A stretch of 64,000 nt of DNA from Epithemia pelagica. Taxonomy: Eukaryota > Protista > Bacillariophyta. Below are positions 61,257 to 64,000 of the stretch, piece after piece. The DNA is taken from NCBI GenBank assembly GCA_946965045.2, contig OX337232.1, positions 2,604,001 through 2,668,000 of the forward strand, read 5' to 3'. Position 1 is the first letter of the stretch, and every line of letters starts with the position of its first letter. A program made the translations under genes and the position numbers. Under the pieces are notes generated by a model. It had not been told where the DNA came from. It saw only the letters and a program-made list of their open reading frames with translations, and ran no database searches.

Positions 61257-64000
61257 TGGTGTGGCCGCCGACTTCTCTCTGTCGGTACAGGCCACCCTTT
61301 CTTCCAAACTACCGCTCCCAGGAGGGATACCTGGGCTCCATTGCCCTTTGGTTGGTTGTTGCCTGCCTTAGTGGTTTTTTTGTGTTCCTTCCGCACCCTG
61401 TGTGCCTGGATAAATCTTTCTTTTTACTTCGTCCCCCTTTTGATCTTGATCTTGTTCTTGTCCGTTGCGTCCTGCTCGCGAGAGGGAGGACTGGGTTGGC
61501 GTCACCTTTTTGCCTTCCCTAATTTGCCCGTGCAAGTCCGCTGTCGCTACAAGACCAAGACGCACATCGCCCGGCGTCGGTTTACTACTGCCCTCATGAT
61601 GTTTCACACCGTGACCAACACGACCGTTACATGGGCTGGTACCGTCGATCGTGGACGGACGCCCTATACCTTAACCCGTCTGCCTCAACGCCGACGTCGA
61701 CTTAAGCCTCAACGATCAACAAGGCCCAAGGGATCTTCTCGCCGCGAAAAGCAAACAAACGACGCTGAATACGATACCAGCGACCATGGCGCTTATCTCC
61801 CGGGATCATGGACGATCCCAAGCCAACAAGAATCTCTAACCGGTCCTGACCGATGGAAACTACCGAAGGGACGACTTTCTTCCTACTTTGGCACGATGGA
61901 TGAGCTAGTGGAAGCAATTGAATGTCCGTCGAAACGAAAACCTCCTGATCCGCTAGCGCAATACTTCGCGTTGCGGCAACTCGGACCTAGTCTATTCCAA
62001 CAGAAGAAGAAGGTTATGGCCGTCAAGATGCAAAACGCTATGATTGCCGCTGCCAAGCTATCGGGAGATGACGAATATCATCAAGAAACATTACACCATC
62101 GAATGTCAGTGTATCTCAACTCATCCAAGGAGGCAGATTTGCCCGTTGTGATCGATACCGGTGCCTCTTCGTCCTTGACCCCGAAACTGGAAGACTTTGA
62201 TGGCCCGATCAAACCTTGCGACACAACAGAATTGAACGGGTTGTCCAGTTCAACCACGGTTGTTGGAGTCGGTATGGCCAGATGGACGATCCGAGACGTG
62301 TTTGGTGTCACCCGTACCATCCGCACCAAGGCCTATTACGTGCCAGCCGCACAAATCCGCCTCTTTAGCCCACAATCGTATTTTCAAGAACGATCGTCCG
62401 GTGAATTGTTAGTTAACCACAACCGCTGTAAATTGATCCTCCATGATGGAAGTGACCTCGAGTTTCCGTTCAATGGGCAGAGCAACCTGCCATTAATGCT
62501 CACAAGCCACCAGGTTCAAATGGGGTTGTCTTTCGAGGACGTGATGGAGTTGGACGAGTCGAAGGTGTTTCTGTCCGTGGCAGATGAAGCCAATCAGAAC
62601 ATTACCGCAGCACAACGTGAGCTGCTTAAATGGCACTGGAAATTGGGCCATGCTAATTTTACATGGATCCAAGAGTTGTGTCGGAATCCGCGGACGGAAC
62701 GACGTCGCGTCCTGCATACGCGTGAAAAACAAACGTCGTCGTGTCCAATTGACAACTTGCATTGTACTGCATGTCGACTTGGGAAACAACGTCGCCGTGG
62801 TGCTAACACACAGCACACGGGAACCAAAGAAAATCGTCACATGGTCACGAAGTCAGACAACGTCAAACCCGGTGACTGTGTCAGCGTTGACCAGTATCAA
62901 TCTCCTTTGACTGGTCGTCTTCCGAACACCTGTGGCAGAGAACTGAAGAAGGATCAATTCACGGGCGGTACTCTTTTCGTAGATCATGCCTCAGGGCTTA
63001 TCTACTGTGTCCACCAGGTGTCCCTCAACACCGGTGAGACTCTCCAAGCCAAACTGCAGTTTGAGCAGTTTGCCCAAGAACAGGGCATAACAATCAAATC
63101 ATACCTTGCCGATAACAAGCCGTTTGGGAACAAGGATTTTGTTGCTGCGATTAAAGAGGCCGGCCAGACTATGTCGTTCTCCGGCGTTGGGGCACATCAC
63201 CAGAATGGTGTTGCCGAGCGTAGTATTCGCACCGTAACGTCCTGGGCCCGTACGATGATGCTGCATGCCGTGCTACATTGGCCGGAACATGCCCACGATT
63301 TAAGCCTTTGGCCGTTTGCCCTACAACATGCAGTGTGGCTTTGGAATCATCTCCCAAAGTGATTAACACACATTGCCCCATTGGAAGTTTTTACTGGAAC
63401 GACGTTCCCTACCTTACATCACTTGCACCGCAGTCACGTTTGGGGTTGCCCGGTCTATGTCCTAGACCCTGCCCTTCAAGATGGCAAGAAATTGCCCAAA
63501 TGGGCCCCTCGTGCTCGTCGTGGTCAGTACTTGGGCGTCTCACCCTCCCATTCAAGCACCGTGGGCCTGATTCTCAACATTGCTACGGGATACGTGAGTC
63601 CCCAATATCACGTCGTCTACGACGACTTGTTCAGTAGCGTGCCTAATGCCGAAACTGGAGGAGCCCTCCAACCCGATGTTTTCCATGGGTCCTTTTGGGA
63701 CCAACTCGTTGCCAGTGGCCTAGAACGGCTGGATGATGGTGACTATGCCGATGAACCCGTTCCTCCGCCCCTACATCATGATTGGATGACGAACGACGAG
63801 CTGGATGCCCTCCAGCGCCAACGGGACGACGCCGAAAGGGTCAATGCCTTACCCTTGCCCCCTACTTTGCCTCCAGCACCGCCCTTGCCTCCAGAGGGAG
63901 CTCCGGCACCTTTGGTTCCAGAGGGAGACGGTGAAGACGTGGATGTGGATGTTCCTGCTGACGCTCCTTTTCCCCATCACTTTCCCTTGGACCAAGTGGA
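61257..64000 (+). CDS. pol: Copia Pol (element 2), partial; in-frame TGA at 63360-63362 inside integrase
   Basis: Protease VIDTGAS; WHWKLGH...CTAC zinc finger; integrase VSVDQ, LADN, QNGVAER. After TGA 63360-62 the same frame continues LTHIAPLEVFTG...HVWGCPVYVLD...KLPKWAPRARRGQYLGVS...GYVSPQYHVVYDD to the window end. Confidence 0.85.

Larger units (their letters stand above)
59243..64000 (+). mobile_element. Second Ty1/copia LTR retrotransposon, truncated by the window edge
   Basis: LTR end ...CTTTCA at 59479, followed by a half-tRNA-iMet PBS, gag with zinc knuckle, protease and integrase. The left LTR boundary (TGTTATGG at 59243) is a guess because the 3' LTR is outside the window. Confidence 0.88.

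Noticed and set aside
27232-63362. Genome-wide reassignment of TGA to an amino acid, suggested by four in-frame TGAs (27232, 54109, 61254, 63360)
   Set aside because: Several ordinary genes here end in TGA (HSF, both cyclophilin-like genes, PPIP5K, CDPK-C, JmjC, BUB3), and Trp is encoded by TGG in conserved motifs.

Overview
Gene-dense eukaryotic nuclear DNA with short GT-AG introns, most likely a pennate diatom (a signal peptide plus AF plastid-targeting motif and CoDi-type Ty1/copia elements; taxon is inference). Housekeeping genes: dynactin p150, a FABP/calycin-like protein, cycloartenol synthase, ribonucleotide reductase R1, an HSF, two cyclophilin-like paralogues, PPIP5K/VIP1, three CDPKs, a plastid-targeted JmjC-Tudor protein, DUF924, BUB3 and a two-module GT61 glycosyltransferase split by a frameshift. 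Mobile DNA: a complete young copia element (25423-32067, identical 164-bp LTRs), a second copia running off the right edge (from about 59243), a 478-bp Tourist-like MITE and a 96-bp mini-MITE. Most notable observations: (i) the first copia has no clean tRNA primer-binding site, and the 10 nt right after the LTR pair with the LTR's own U5 in self-priming geometry; (ii) both unrelated copia elements have gag and pol in one frame separated by a single TGA; (iii) the second copia carries a transmembrane-like segment between gag and protease; (iv) a P-loop NTPase plus restriction-endonuclease-like gene is interrupted by one in-frame TGA; (v) a giant CDPK has degenerate EF hands and an 8-copy helical repeat; (vi) PPIP5K has a C-terminal membrane anchor. 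All calls come from reading the sequence; no database searches were run.
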